Shown: one piece after another, positions 7,330 through 14,568 of the stretch
How the letters are laid out: every line of letters begins with the position of its first letter
Numbering within the stretch: the first letter of the stretch is position 1
Source: an uncultured Actinomycetota bacterium
GTDB lineage: Bacteria; Actinomycetota; Actinomycetes; Mycobacteriales; Nakamurellaceae
NCBI GenBank assembly: GCA_963708935.1
Contig: CAVPUK010000005.1
Span: forward strand, 685,973-709,972
Direction: 5' to 3'
Length of the DNA: 24,000 nucleotides
The notes under the pieces: generated by a model
Databases searched by the model: none
What the model saw: only the letters and a program-made list of their open reading frames with translations
Told to the model about the DNA's origin: nothing
Translations under genes and position numbers: made by a program

Positions 7330-8613
7330 ATGAAGATCACGGGGTATCGCAGTCTCGCCACCCGACACGAGTGGTCCCGGGTCGTAGGTGATGTCAACGG
7401 CGTCAGTACCGGAACCAGCACCCGGGTCGACATTCTGATCATCAGCACCGACGTGGGCGTCGAAGGCGTTGCCCTCGGCTCACACGCCGACATCGAGCGA
7501 CTGTATCCGGTGATCGACGGAGCCGACCCGCGGTCGGTCGTCCAGCTGTACGACCAGATGCTCTCCGCCACATTCAAACTGGGCCACACCGGCGGCGTCT
7601 TCGGCACCATCGGCACCATCGACTGCGCACTGTGGGATCTCAAGGCCAAATTGGCTGAAGAACCGCTCTGGCGACTCCTAGGGGCCGGGGATCGATTCGT
7701 GCCCGGCTACGCCTCTGGACTGGACTACGGACTGGCCGACGAGGACCTGGTGCGCTTGTACCAACAGTTCGTCGAGCGGGGATTCACATCAGGGAAACTC
7801 AAGGGGGGCCGCAGAATCACGGATGACTTGCGGCGCCTCGGCCTGCTGCAGGATGTGTTGCGGCAGAATAGCTCCGCACCGGGGCTGATGATCGACGCCA
7901 ACGAGTCCTGGCATCGATCACAGGCGGTGCGCTATCTGCATACGCTGGAAGAGGCTTTCGACCTGACGTGGGTCGAGGAACCGGTGCGTCGATGGGATGT
8001 CAGCGGCCACGCCTCGATCCGCCAACACGTACAGTCCGGAGTCGCATCGGGCGAAAACCTCACTGGCCTGGAACAGCTGCGGGCACTGATCGACGGGGAC
8101 GCCATTGACATCGCTCAGGTCGGCAGCGGTTGGGGCATCACCCATTTTCTGCGTGCCGGCCACCTCGCCCATGGTCATGACCTGCCGATCAGTCCGGTGG
8201 GTTACACCGCCGCCGTGGTCCCGGCCGCCGGCGTCCTGCCCAATTTCCTGGTGGCTGAGGTGCAAGATCTGTATCACCCGATCGGCATTGATGTAGACCA
8301 GGAAATCCTCGACGGTGGCATCGTGCTGGGTGACCGGCCCGGCCTTGGGATCGCGATCAAAGACGAAGCTGCCCTGGAACCGCTGGCCCCACAACAGGGC
8401 TGGGCCAGCCGCTCCGGTCCCCACATCCGGCCGCAGCGCGCGGGACTTCGCATGGTCCCGGAAGACGACACCCACTCGATCAACGACCCAGCGGCTCCGC
8501 TGCCGCCCGGCTCCACACCACCTCGGATCCCAAAGCCAGTCAACGGATCTGCTGTCGAGAGAGATGCCATGTCCGGCCCCCCCGGAGAACTTGAGCCTGA
8601 AAGACATCCATGA
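7330..8613 (+). CDS. Enolase-superfamily protein (mandelate racemase/muconate-lactonizing enzyme family; putative sugar-acid dehydratase) with a Pro-rich C-terminal extension
   Basis: 427-aa ORF with RBS GGGGAG 4 nt upstream. It has the KxK motif (SGKLKGG) and three metal-ligand motifs in the expected order and spacing (MIDANESW, VEEP, ASGENL). The barrel ends around ...DRPGLGIAIKDEAALEPL (~nt 8385). About 75 further residues of Pro/Gly/Arg-rich low complexity follow. Confidence 0.8.
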   Translation: MKITGYRSLATRHEWSRVVGDVNGVSTGTSTRVDILIISTDVGVEGVALGSHADIERLYPVIDGADPRSVVQLYDQMLSATFKLGHTGGVFGTIGTIDCALWDLKAKLAEEPLWRLLGAGDRFVPGYASGLDYGLADEDLVRLYQQFVERGFTSGKLKGGRRITDDLRRLGLLQDVLRQNSSAPGLMIDANESWHRSQAVRYLHTLEEAFDLTWVEEPVRRWDVSGHASIRQHVQSGVASGENLTGLEQLRALIDGDAIDIAQVGSGWGITHFLRAGHLAHGHDLPISPVGYTAAVVPAAGVLPNFLVAEVQDLYHPIGIDVDQEILDGGIVLGDRPGLGIAIKDEAALEPLAPQQGWASRSGPHIRPQRAGLRMVPEDDTHSINDPAAPLPPGSTPPRIPKPVNGSAVERDAMSGPPGELEPERHP

Positions 8614-8622
8614 TGCTTCATG

Positions 8623-8835
8623 TCAAGCGCCGGCGGGTTTTGGGTCGCTGCGGTGGTGAGTAGTGTCCGCGGTTGCGCCATTATGCGAAATCGCAGGGCT
8701 TGCTGCGCTCTGGCTGCTACTACCACCGGTCTGAGAGGCTGACGCGCAACCGGACAACGCCAATGCCGCTGTTATCGCTGGCGCAACCAGAACAGGGAAC
8801 TCGGCGGTTGCTCCCGATGATGGTGACCATGTCAT
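8623..8835 (-). CDS. Hypothetical small lipoprotein-like ORF (70 aa), translationally coupled to the isomerase gene
   Basis: My translation is MTWSPSSGATAEFPVLVAPAITAALALSGCASASQTGGSSSQSAASPAISHNGATADTTHHRSDPKPAGA. It has a hydrophobic h-region plus the lipobox LSGC. Its ATG (8835..8833) overlaps the isomerase stop (8834..8832) as ATGA. Two points count against it: the n-region has no positive charge, and third-position GC is only moderate. It is part of the longer spurious-looking track ORF 8623..9198. Confidence 0.3.
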   Translation of the reverse strand: MTWSPSSGATAEFPVLVAPAITAALALSGCASASQTGGSSSQSAASPAISHNGATADTTHHRSDPKPAGA

Positions 8836-9800
8836 TGGTCCTTTGCGCCTGTTGGGAAATCGGGGTAGGGGTGTTTGTTCAAAGCCTGTTCGATGTACGT
8901 ACGGGCGGCGATCATCTCGCCGATGGGATCTGGAACTGCGTCCAGTTCCAGCAGAGTTACTCCCGCGACCGGCGTGTCGTTGACCAGACGGTCCCAGGCG
9001 AACCAGTCGATGGCTCCCGCCCCGACCCGGCGGAAGTACTCGCGGTGCGCCAGGTGCACGCCCTCGTCGATAGGTATGTCGGCGTCCATGGGACCGATCG
9101 CGTCCTTCCAGTGGGAGATGATCATCCGGTCTTTGTGATGCGCCATCACCTCGGTGGGGTTCGCACCCGACAGGGTCAGATGTCCGGTGTCTGGGCACAT
9201 GAACACGTAGTTGGGGTCGGTGAGAGTCATCAGTAGGTCGACGTCGCGTCGGGTACAGAAGATCGAGTGAGCTTCGGTGTGCACTGCTGTCCGGACGCCG
9301 AGGCGCATGGTCGCGTCGCCGACGTGGTGCAAGATGTCGGCGATCTCGGCCATGTACGGCTGGTCGACGAAGAAGGGCGGCACGCTATCGCGGCTCCGCC
9401 GCATGGGTGGGCCCACCACCATCGTGTCGCCACCGGCGTCACGGATGAATTCGGCGTAGGCGGCGGCGTCAGCGGCGGCCTGCTTGCGGTCGGTGTCCGG
9501 CCGCCAATCCAGGGCGATGTGGAATCCGCTCTTCAGTGTCAGCCCGCGGGATGCCAATTCCTTGCGGAAGGCAAACGCAGATCCGTACGCTTCGACCGCC
9601 GAATGCCAGTCCGCCGGCGGGAATGTCATCTCCAGCAAAGTGATCCCGGCTTTGGTGATGCCGTCTAGGATGGTGCTCCACAGGGCGAGTGGATCCTTTC
9701 TGCGGAGTTCGACGATGTCGTCGTAGTTGCGGACGTTCCAGAAGTCCGGGTGATAGAAGGTGATCAGGTCAACGCCGAATTGAGTTCTGGTTTCAGGCAT
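8832..9800 (-). CDS. Sugar phosphate isomerase/epimerase (xylose isomerase-like TIM barrel family)
   Basis: 322-aa ORF with RBS GGGAG about 10 nt upstream. Features typical of the AP-endonuclease-2/xylose-isomerase-like TIM barrel are present (..GVRTAVHTEAHSIF.., ..CPDTGHLTLSG.., ..HWKD.., ..LELD..). Confidence 0.7.
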   Translation of the reverse strand: MPETRTQFGVDLITFYHPDFWNVRNYDDIVELRRKDPLALWSTILDGITKAGITLLEMTFPPADWHSAVEAYGSAFAFRKELASRGLTLKSGFHIALDWRPDTDRKQAAADAAAYAEFIRDAGGDTMVVGPPMRRSRDSVPPFFVDQPYMAEIADILHHVGDATMRLGVRTAVHTEAHSIFCTRRDVDLLMTLTDPNYVFMCPDTGHLTLSGANPTEVMAHHKDRMIISHWKDAIGPMDADIPIDEGVHLAHREYFRRVGAGAIDWFAWDRLVNDTPVAGVTLLELDAVPDPIGEMIAARTYIEQALNKHPYPDFPTGAKDQ

Positions 9801-9824
9801 GCGAAGGAACTCCCGAGGATGGCT

Positions 9825-9842
9825 GCGGGTCGTTCGACCCGC
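9825..9842. promoter_or_regulatory. Perfect palindrome GCGGGTC-gttc-GACCCGC immediately upstream of the isomerase RBS
   Basis: A 7-bp stem (9825-9831 / 9836-9842) with a 4-nt loop, 25 nt upstream of ATG 9800. It could be an operator or a leader hairpin. Confidence 0.3.
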
Positions 9843-10037
9843 TGGTGGATGGACACGACTGATTGAGTATTACTGGCGGTTTCGAAGATCGGCGGCTGAT
9901 CCAACTCCTTTAGGAAGTCCTCCCGTCGGGGATCGCACGACCGTGCTGGACCGCGATTCCTGCCCCGACCCGGCCTGATGCGATCACAGTACCCAGCGTT
10001 CGGGCCAAGGCTCTCGAGGTGCCCGTCGCCGGCTGAT

Positions 10038-10337
10038 TCAGCCGCCGGCGACGGACGGCAGGATCTGCACCTGTGAACCGGATCTAAGCGGTGTGTCCAG
10101 CAACCCGGTGGATCGGCAGTCTTCACCGTCGACCTACACATTCACGTACCGGCGGATCTCCTGCTGCTCCGAGCGAATGCGCCGGTGAAGGCGCGGCTGA
10201 GCGGACGCCAGCTCGTCCAACAACGCCCGCAGCACTGGAGCCGAGCGGAAAGTCAGCACCGATGCGCCGCCGCACTCGGCACGCAATACCCCGGGTATCA
10301 GCACTGTCACGTCGACAGTTGCTCCTGAGAAGACCAT
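10038..10337 (-). pseudogene. MoaD/ThiS-family (CysO-like) ubiquitin-fold sulfur-carrier gene interrupted by an in-frame TAG
   Basis: ORF 10134..10337 reads MVFSGATVDVTVLIPGVLRAECGG...RRYVNV and stops at TAG (10136..10134). The same frame continues VDGEDCRSTGLLDTPLRSGSQVQILPSVAGG and ends at TGA (10040..10038). The joined 99 codons match the CysO/MoaD pattern (..FVNIYVNDEDVR......ILPAVAGG-COOH). The TAG sits where Tyr is expected. RBS GGAGGGGAG is directly upstream of the ATG at 10337. Confidence 0.8.
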
Positions 10338-10346
10338 CTCCCCTCC

Positions 10347-10760
10347 TCACACCTGCAAGGACCGCAGGCACAGGACATCAGGTAGATGGTCGGCGATGAG
10401 TGACCAGGAATCGCTTTCGTCGGGCTGCCGTACACCTCGCCGGACCTGGTGCCGAAGTAGACGCCGGTCGTACCTGCATCATCGGCGCACATCGCGTCCC
10501 TGAGCACCACCGGATAGAAATCGTCCGGCGGCAGCCCGTTCGTCAATGCCTGCCACGTCGCGCCGGCATCGGTTGACCGGTAGACGCGGCAACGGACGTC
10601 GGGTGGATAGCGTCGACTATCCGCCTGGATCGGGAACGTGTAGAGCACCCCCGGTTTCCCCGGATGGGCCACCATGGCGAAGCCGAAATCGGTGGGCAGG
10701 GCGCGGGCGATGCTTTCCCAGCTGTGAGGTCGACGTCGATCATCGCGGCTAACCGCAACG
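10347..10760 (-). pseudogene. BNR/Asp-box repeat (sialidase-fold-like) protein gene remnant: 5'-truncated and frameshifted
   Basis: The C-terminal part of track ORF 10307..11527 reads ..HSWESIARALPTDFGFAMVAHPGKPGVLYTFPIQ...CRVYRSTDAGATWQALTNGLP...GVYFGTRSGEVYGS, with the Asp-box STDAGATW. After a missing nt at ~10420-10425 the conserved end continues in another frame (DESDSWSLIADHLPDVLCLRSLQV*). Its stop is at 10349..10347, directly before the moaD-like RBS. Upstream of ~10760 the frame is only antisense to the plus-strand membrane-protein gene. Confidence 0.7.
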
Positions 10761-10867
10761 TGCGCCGGCAACGGCCACCTGATTGCCGCGGGCTTCCTTG
10801 CCGGGTCGAACGGTCCTAGCGTGGGCGTATGAGCACGGTCGACCTGGACCCCGGTCGGGAATGAGCC

Positions 10868-11563
10868 GTGAGCGGCATCGAAGGGCATCGTTGGTGGCCG
10901 GTCCTGCGTGAGCCGACCGTGCTCGTGCTGATCGTGGCCGGGATCGTGCATATCATCCGGCGGAACCCGTTCGACACCATCCTGTTCTTCGGGACGGTCG
11001 CGGTGATCGTCCTGGACCGGCTCCGCCGGACGCCGGCCCCGGTCCCGGCGGCACGTATCGGATTGTCCGGCGGGCGGCGGGGCGTCGCTGCGGTCGGGCT
11101 CGTCCTCTACGCGGTGATCGCCGGTGGCTGGCAGCTCAACACCTGGCCGATGAAGGCCGCGCTGATCGTCCCGGGGTTGCTGTCCGCTGCGGTGATCGCC
11201 GCCCGCCGCGTCGAGGATGCGGATGCACCGCGGGTGGGAAGAGGCTGGATCGGTTGGGTCGCGATCGGGGTGGCCATCGCGCTGTGGGAACTGACGTCGT
11301 TCATCCTGCAGCCCAACCCGATCGATCCGAGCTACGCACACCCGACGATCAGCGCGATCGTGTCGGTGTGGCTCGACGCGTGGCCGGGCCGGAGTATCTT
11401 TCTGCTGCTCTGGTCGGCCGGAGGCTTCTGGCTCATCAGAACAATCACAGCAGCCCGGGCGGCGCCCCAGCCGGACACCCACGGACAGACCCAGCCCCGC
11501 TCCAGGACCGCAGCACCCCCCGAACACCGCGCCATACCCGGGAACGGCGACGAGCCGCGATGA
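10868..11563 (+). CDS. Hypothetical integral membrane protein (about 5 TM segments)
   Basis: 231-aa ORF with a GTG start. It has several clear hydrophobic helices (TVLVLIVAGIVHII, ILFFGTVAVIVL, VAAVGLVLYAVIAGGW, AALIVPGLLSAAVIAA, WIGWVAIGVAIALWEL, IFLLLWSAGGFWLI). The stop overlaps the start of the next gene (ATGA 11560-11563). The start codon is uncertain. Confidence 0.6.
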   Translation: MSGIEGHRWWPVLREPTVLVLIVAGIVHIIRRNPFDTILFFGTVAVIVLDRLRRTPAPVPAARIGLSGGRRGVAAVGLVLYAVIAGGWQLNTWPMKAALIVPGLLSAAVIAARRVEDADAPRVGRGWIGWVAIGVAIALWELTSFILQPNPIDPSYAHPTISAIVSVWLDAWPGRSIFLLLWSAGGFWLIRTITAARAAPQPDTHGQTQPRSRTAAPPEHRAIPGNGDEPR

Positions 11564-11760
11564 CCAGTCGGATTGTCACGATCGCGATCTACGGGGTGCT
11601 ATTTGCCTCACTCGGCGTGCTCGAACTGCTGGCCCGCTACCGGCCGCCCAGGGTTCCGACACTGGCCCGGGCGCTGCGCTGGGCGATGCGTCGCCGCAGC
11701 ACCCAGATCGGCATCGTGATGGCCTGGTGGTGGATCGGCTGGCACTTCCTTGTCAGCTGA
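11560..11760 (+). CDS. Hypothetical small membrane protein (66 aa) with a W-rich C-terminus
   Basis: The C-terminal part of track ORF 11254..11760 reads MTSRIVTIAIYGVLFASLGVLELLARYRPPRVPTLARALRWAMRRRSTQIGIVMAWWWIGWHFLVS. It has two TM segments and is ATGA-coupled to the upstream membrane protein. From memory it resembles small actinobacterial DUF-type membrane proteins ending in WWW.GWHF. I could not verify that here. Confidence 0.55.
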   Translation: MTSRIVTIAIYGVLFASLGVLELLARYRPPRVPTLARALRWAMRRRSTQIGIVMAWWWIGWHFLVS

Positions 11761-11799
11761 CACGAAGGCTGAACGAGCGCCCGCCGAAAATATAGGCCA

Positions 11800-12880
11800 A
11801 CCCAGGCCACTCACCGAACGGTTGCGACGGTGCAGATCGATGCCGGCCTGGCCGACTACCGCCGGCTCTTGACGTGGGCAGCAAGCTTTTGATGAACGAC
11901 GATGGGCGGTAGAAAACGCCCGCGGCTTGGGGCGACATCTCGCGCTGTGGCTGGTCACCCGGGGCGAGCAGGTCCAAGACATCCCGTCGACTTCGACCGC
12001 CCGGATCCGTCAACTCTCCTGGGGCACCCCTCGCAAGGACGACGTCATCGGCGCCTCCGCGGCTGCCGGCGTCGCAGCATTGTCCGGAGACGGGAATCGG
12101 ATACTTGCTGAGGATCTCGCCGCCCGTCATGGTGATTGTGGACGAGCGGCGCACCAACGTCACGACCCACCGCACCCGGTTGATCAACCAGCTGCACGGT
12201 CGTCGAGACCTGATCCCGGGCGGCGCCGACCGCAAGCTCACCGCTTCGGCAGCTACCACGTTGCTGGCCGCGGTCCGGGTCAGTGGTGCCGCAGAGGCAG
12301 CGTGCAAGGAGCCTTTGCCGGGACCTGGTCAGCGAGATCAAGGACACCGACCAACGAGTCAAGTCGCTGACCACCCAGGCCAACACCGTCGCCGAACACG
12401 GCACCACCCTCACCGCCATCGACTGCATCGGCCCGGTCATCGCGGCCCGGCTGGTCGGGCGGACCCGGACCGCCGGCCGCCCGCGTCGCACCCGTGGAGA
12501 TGGCGAGTGCAGAACATTCCCGTCAACGGCTGCCCCGTGGCGGCGACCGCCAACTCAACCTCTCCCTCCACGTGGCCGCCCTGACCCAGATCCCGGATGC
12601 CCAACAGCATCGGCCGTGCCTACTACGACACCAAGATCGCCGCCGGGAAGGACCACAACGAGGTGATGCGATGCCTCAAACGCCGCTTGGCGGAAAAGGT
12701 CTGGCGCGTGATGATCGCCGACGAACGCAAAACCAGAAGGCAGGCCCGGGAGGACACTCGGGGGCGGCAACGAAATCCAGCGCGACTGACCCAACCCCAA
12801 TGGTCAGCTCTTCGGAAAAGTCACTTCCCGAACCTGCCGACAACGAATCCAAGGCCGGTTGACAAACACAGGGGAACCTC
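11800..12880 (+). mobile_element. IS110-family transposase pseudogene (5'-truncated, at least 5 frame changes)
   Basis: Recognisable IS110 segments are scattered over all three plus frames:
- ..TVATVQIDAGLADYRRLLTWAASF* (frame of 11830)
- WAVENARGLGRHLALWLVTRGEQVQDIPSTSTARIRQLSWGTPRKDDVIGASAAAGVAAL (ORF 11927)
- VDERRTNVTTHRTRLINQLH..DLIPGGADRKLTASAATTLLAAVR (ORF 12105)
- RDLVSEIKDTDQRVKSLTTQANTVAEHGTTLTAIDCIGPVIAARLVGRT (ORF 12283)
- RLPRGGDRQLNLSLHVAALTQI (ORF 12494)
- PNSIGRAYYDTKIAAGKDHNEVMRCLKRRLAEKVWRVMIADE (ORF 12597)
- GPGGHSGAATKSSATDPTPMVSSSEKSLPEP (ORF 12494 frame again)

The N-terminal DEDD region (GID.HK) is absent. The 3' motif ccgGTTGACAA (~12857-12867) parallels ccgCTTGACAA at the end of the intact IS110 copy. 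Confidence 0.8.
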
Positions 12881-13157
12881 GGCATGTCCGGAGACTCCGC
12901 AGCTTGGGAAGGCTGAATCGTCCGGCGGCGCCCGGAGGGCTGGTCAAGCCACCAAATTGCCGCGCAGAATCCTAGGACGGACACGGCAGTCCACATCGCG
13001 ACGGCGCCCGCCGCATGCCGACTCGGAGCATAGACAGTGTTTGACGGGCAGCGAACGCCGCATGTAATTGGCTGGCCACGCGGGGAGCAATACGCCGGCA
13101 CTTGCGGCCGGCGACCCGACCCACCCGGTCGCCGGGAAACGGATCCGGCTGACTTAC

Positions 13158-13207
13158 TTGCATTCCTCCCGCATCGTCGTAATCTTTAACTATGGTGATA
13201 GGTAAAG
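13158..13207 (+). promoter_or_regulatory. Candidate promoter (TTGCAT-16 nt-TAATCT) overlapped by an imperfect palindrome, likely the YtrA-type autoregulatory operator
   Basis: -35-like TTGCAT at 13158-13163 and -10-like TAATCT at 13180-13185. The inverted repeat is CTTTAACTA (13184-13192), tggtga, TAGGTAAAG (13199-13207), with 8 of 9 positions complementary. It spans the -10/+1 region 34 nt upstream of the GTG start at 13241. Confidence 0.45.
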
Positions 13208-13240
13208 AGCTGGACGGGGGATGCCACGGCCTCGCGCCTG

Positions 13241-13681
13241 GTGTTCCGGCTGGATCCCGCGTCGGGGGTGCCGACCTATCTGCAGTTGGTTCAGCAGGTC
13301 GAGCAGGCGCTGCGGCTGGGGTATCTCAAGTCGGGGGATCGCCTGCCGAGGGTTCGCGAGGTGGTGACGGACTTGGCGATCAATCCGAATAGGGTGCTCA
13401 AGGCTTACCGCGAGTTGGAGACCAAGGGCCTGACTTCGGGCCGACCGGGTAAGGGCACGTTCACCGACGGGTCGTTGGGCCAGGCGACTTTGCCGCAGTT
13501 GGCCGGGCTGCGGCGGTCCCTGCGGGGTTGGTTGGAGGAGGCCGACGCCGCCGGTCTGGACGGGGAGGGTATCGCCGCCCTGGTGACCAGCACGTTGCGG
13601 GATTTCGCTGAGCGTCGCGATGTTTCGCAGGGTCGCGGCGCTCCGCAGGGCAATCGGCGATCGGCGGGCGGGGCGGCATGA
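13241..13681 (+). CDS. GntR-family transcriptional regulator, YtrA subfamily
   Basis: 146 aa with a GTG start. The N-terminal wHTH is PTYLQLVQQVEQALRLGYLKSGDRLPRVREVVTDLAINPNRVLKAYRELETKGLTSGRPGKGTF. The short helical C-terminus is typical of the YtrA subfamily. It is followed by ABC ATPase and permease genes (the classic ytr-like arrangement). The stop overlaps the next start (ATGA 13678-13681). Confidence 0.85.
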   Translation: MFRLDPASGVPTYLQLVQQVEQALRLGYLKSGDRLPRVREVVTDLAINPNRVLKAYRELETKGLTSGRPGKGTFTDGSLGQATLPQLAGLRRSLRGWLEEADAAGLDGEGIAALVTSTLRDFAERRDVSQGRGAPQGNRRSAGGAA

Positions 13682-14568
13682 ATGTCATTGAAACGGTCGG
13701 GCTCGGCCGCCGGTACGGCGGTTTCTGGGCGCTGACCCAGTGCGCGCTGACCATTCCCCAAGGGCACCTGGTTGCCCTGGTCGGTCCCAACGGCGCCGGG
13801 AAAACCACGTTGCTGAACCTGGTGGTGGGTCTGACGCCGCCGACCGCCGGGACCGTGCGGGTGCTGGGCGGGACACCGGCGGCATCGCTGGCCGCACCGG
13901 ACGGGATCCCCTTCGTGGCCCAGGACATGCCGCTGTACCGGCATCTGTCGGTTGCCGACATAGTGCACCTGACCGACAATCTGAACCTGCACTTCGACAT
14001 GCCCTACGCCCGGCAGCGGCTCGCCGAACTGGCTATCGACAACAAAGTGAAGGCCGGGAAGCTATCCGGGGGACAACAGGCCCGGCTGGCGTTGACTCTG
14101 GCCCTGGCCCGGCATCCACGGATGCTCGTTCTCGACGAACCGACCGGTCCACTGGACCCGCTGGCTCGGCATGACTTCATGGCCACGGTGATGACCGCGA
14201 TGGCCGACGACGGCCTGTCGGTGGTGCTTGCCTCACACAACCTGGCCGAGCTGGAGCGTGTCGCGGACTACCTGGTGCTGATCGCCCATGGCCGGGTCCG
14301 GCTGGACGGCCCGGCGGAGGCGTTGCTTGCCTGTCACCGCCTGGTCACCGGCCCGGGCGTCGACACGCCCGGACGTCCCAGCTGCGAAGTCATCGAGTCC
14401 ACCGGAACAGGCAACTACAGCCACCGGTTGGTCCGGCTGCCCTCGACCGATTCGGCCTTACCGCCGACCGTTGAGGGCCGGCCGGTCGGTGTGAAAGAAC
14501 TCGCGCTGGCCTATCTCCGCGAAACCGCCAGCGCGCCTGCGCCCGCATTGACCGGAACACCCCGATGA
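13678..14568 (+). CDS. ABC transporter ATP-binding protein
   Basis: 296 aa. Walker A GPNGAGKTT, signature LSGGQQ, Walker B MLVLDEP, H-loop SHNL. The stop overlaps the next start (ATGA 14565-14568). Confidence 0.9.
   Translation: MNVIETVGLGRRYGGFWALTQCALTIPQGHLVALVGPNGAGKTTLLNLVVGLTPPTAGTVRVLGGTPAASLAAPDGIPFVAQDMPLYRHLSVADIVHLTDNLNLHFDMPYARQRLAELAIDNKVKAGKLSGGQQARLALTLALARHPRMLVLDEPTGPLDPLARHDFMATVMTAMADDGLSVVLASHNLAELERVADYLVLIAHGRVRLDGPAEALLACHRLVTGPGVDTPGRPSCEVIESTGTGNYSHRLVRLPSTDSALPPTVEGRPVGVKELALAYLRETASAPAPALTGTPR

Noticed and set aside
9856-9867. 12-mer cgactgattgag shared between 9856-9867 and 19589-19600, considered as a dispersed repeat or IS end.
   Set aside because: About a dozen or more chance 12-mer pairs are expected in 24 kb. 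The flanks do not extend the match, and neither copy abuts an IS boundary.
10134-10136. The TAG in the CysO-like gene as a programmed recoding event (pyrrolysine or dedicated read-through).
   Set aside because: No pyl-type genes or recoding signals are visible. The position corresponds to an ordinary conserved Tyr one mutation away from TAG. The operon partner is itself truncated and frameshifted, so simple decay is the more economical explanation. It is kept only as a low-probability alternative.
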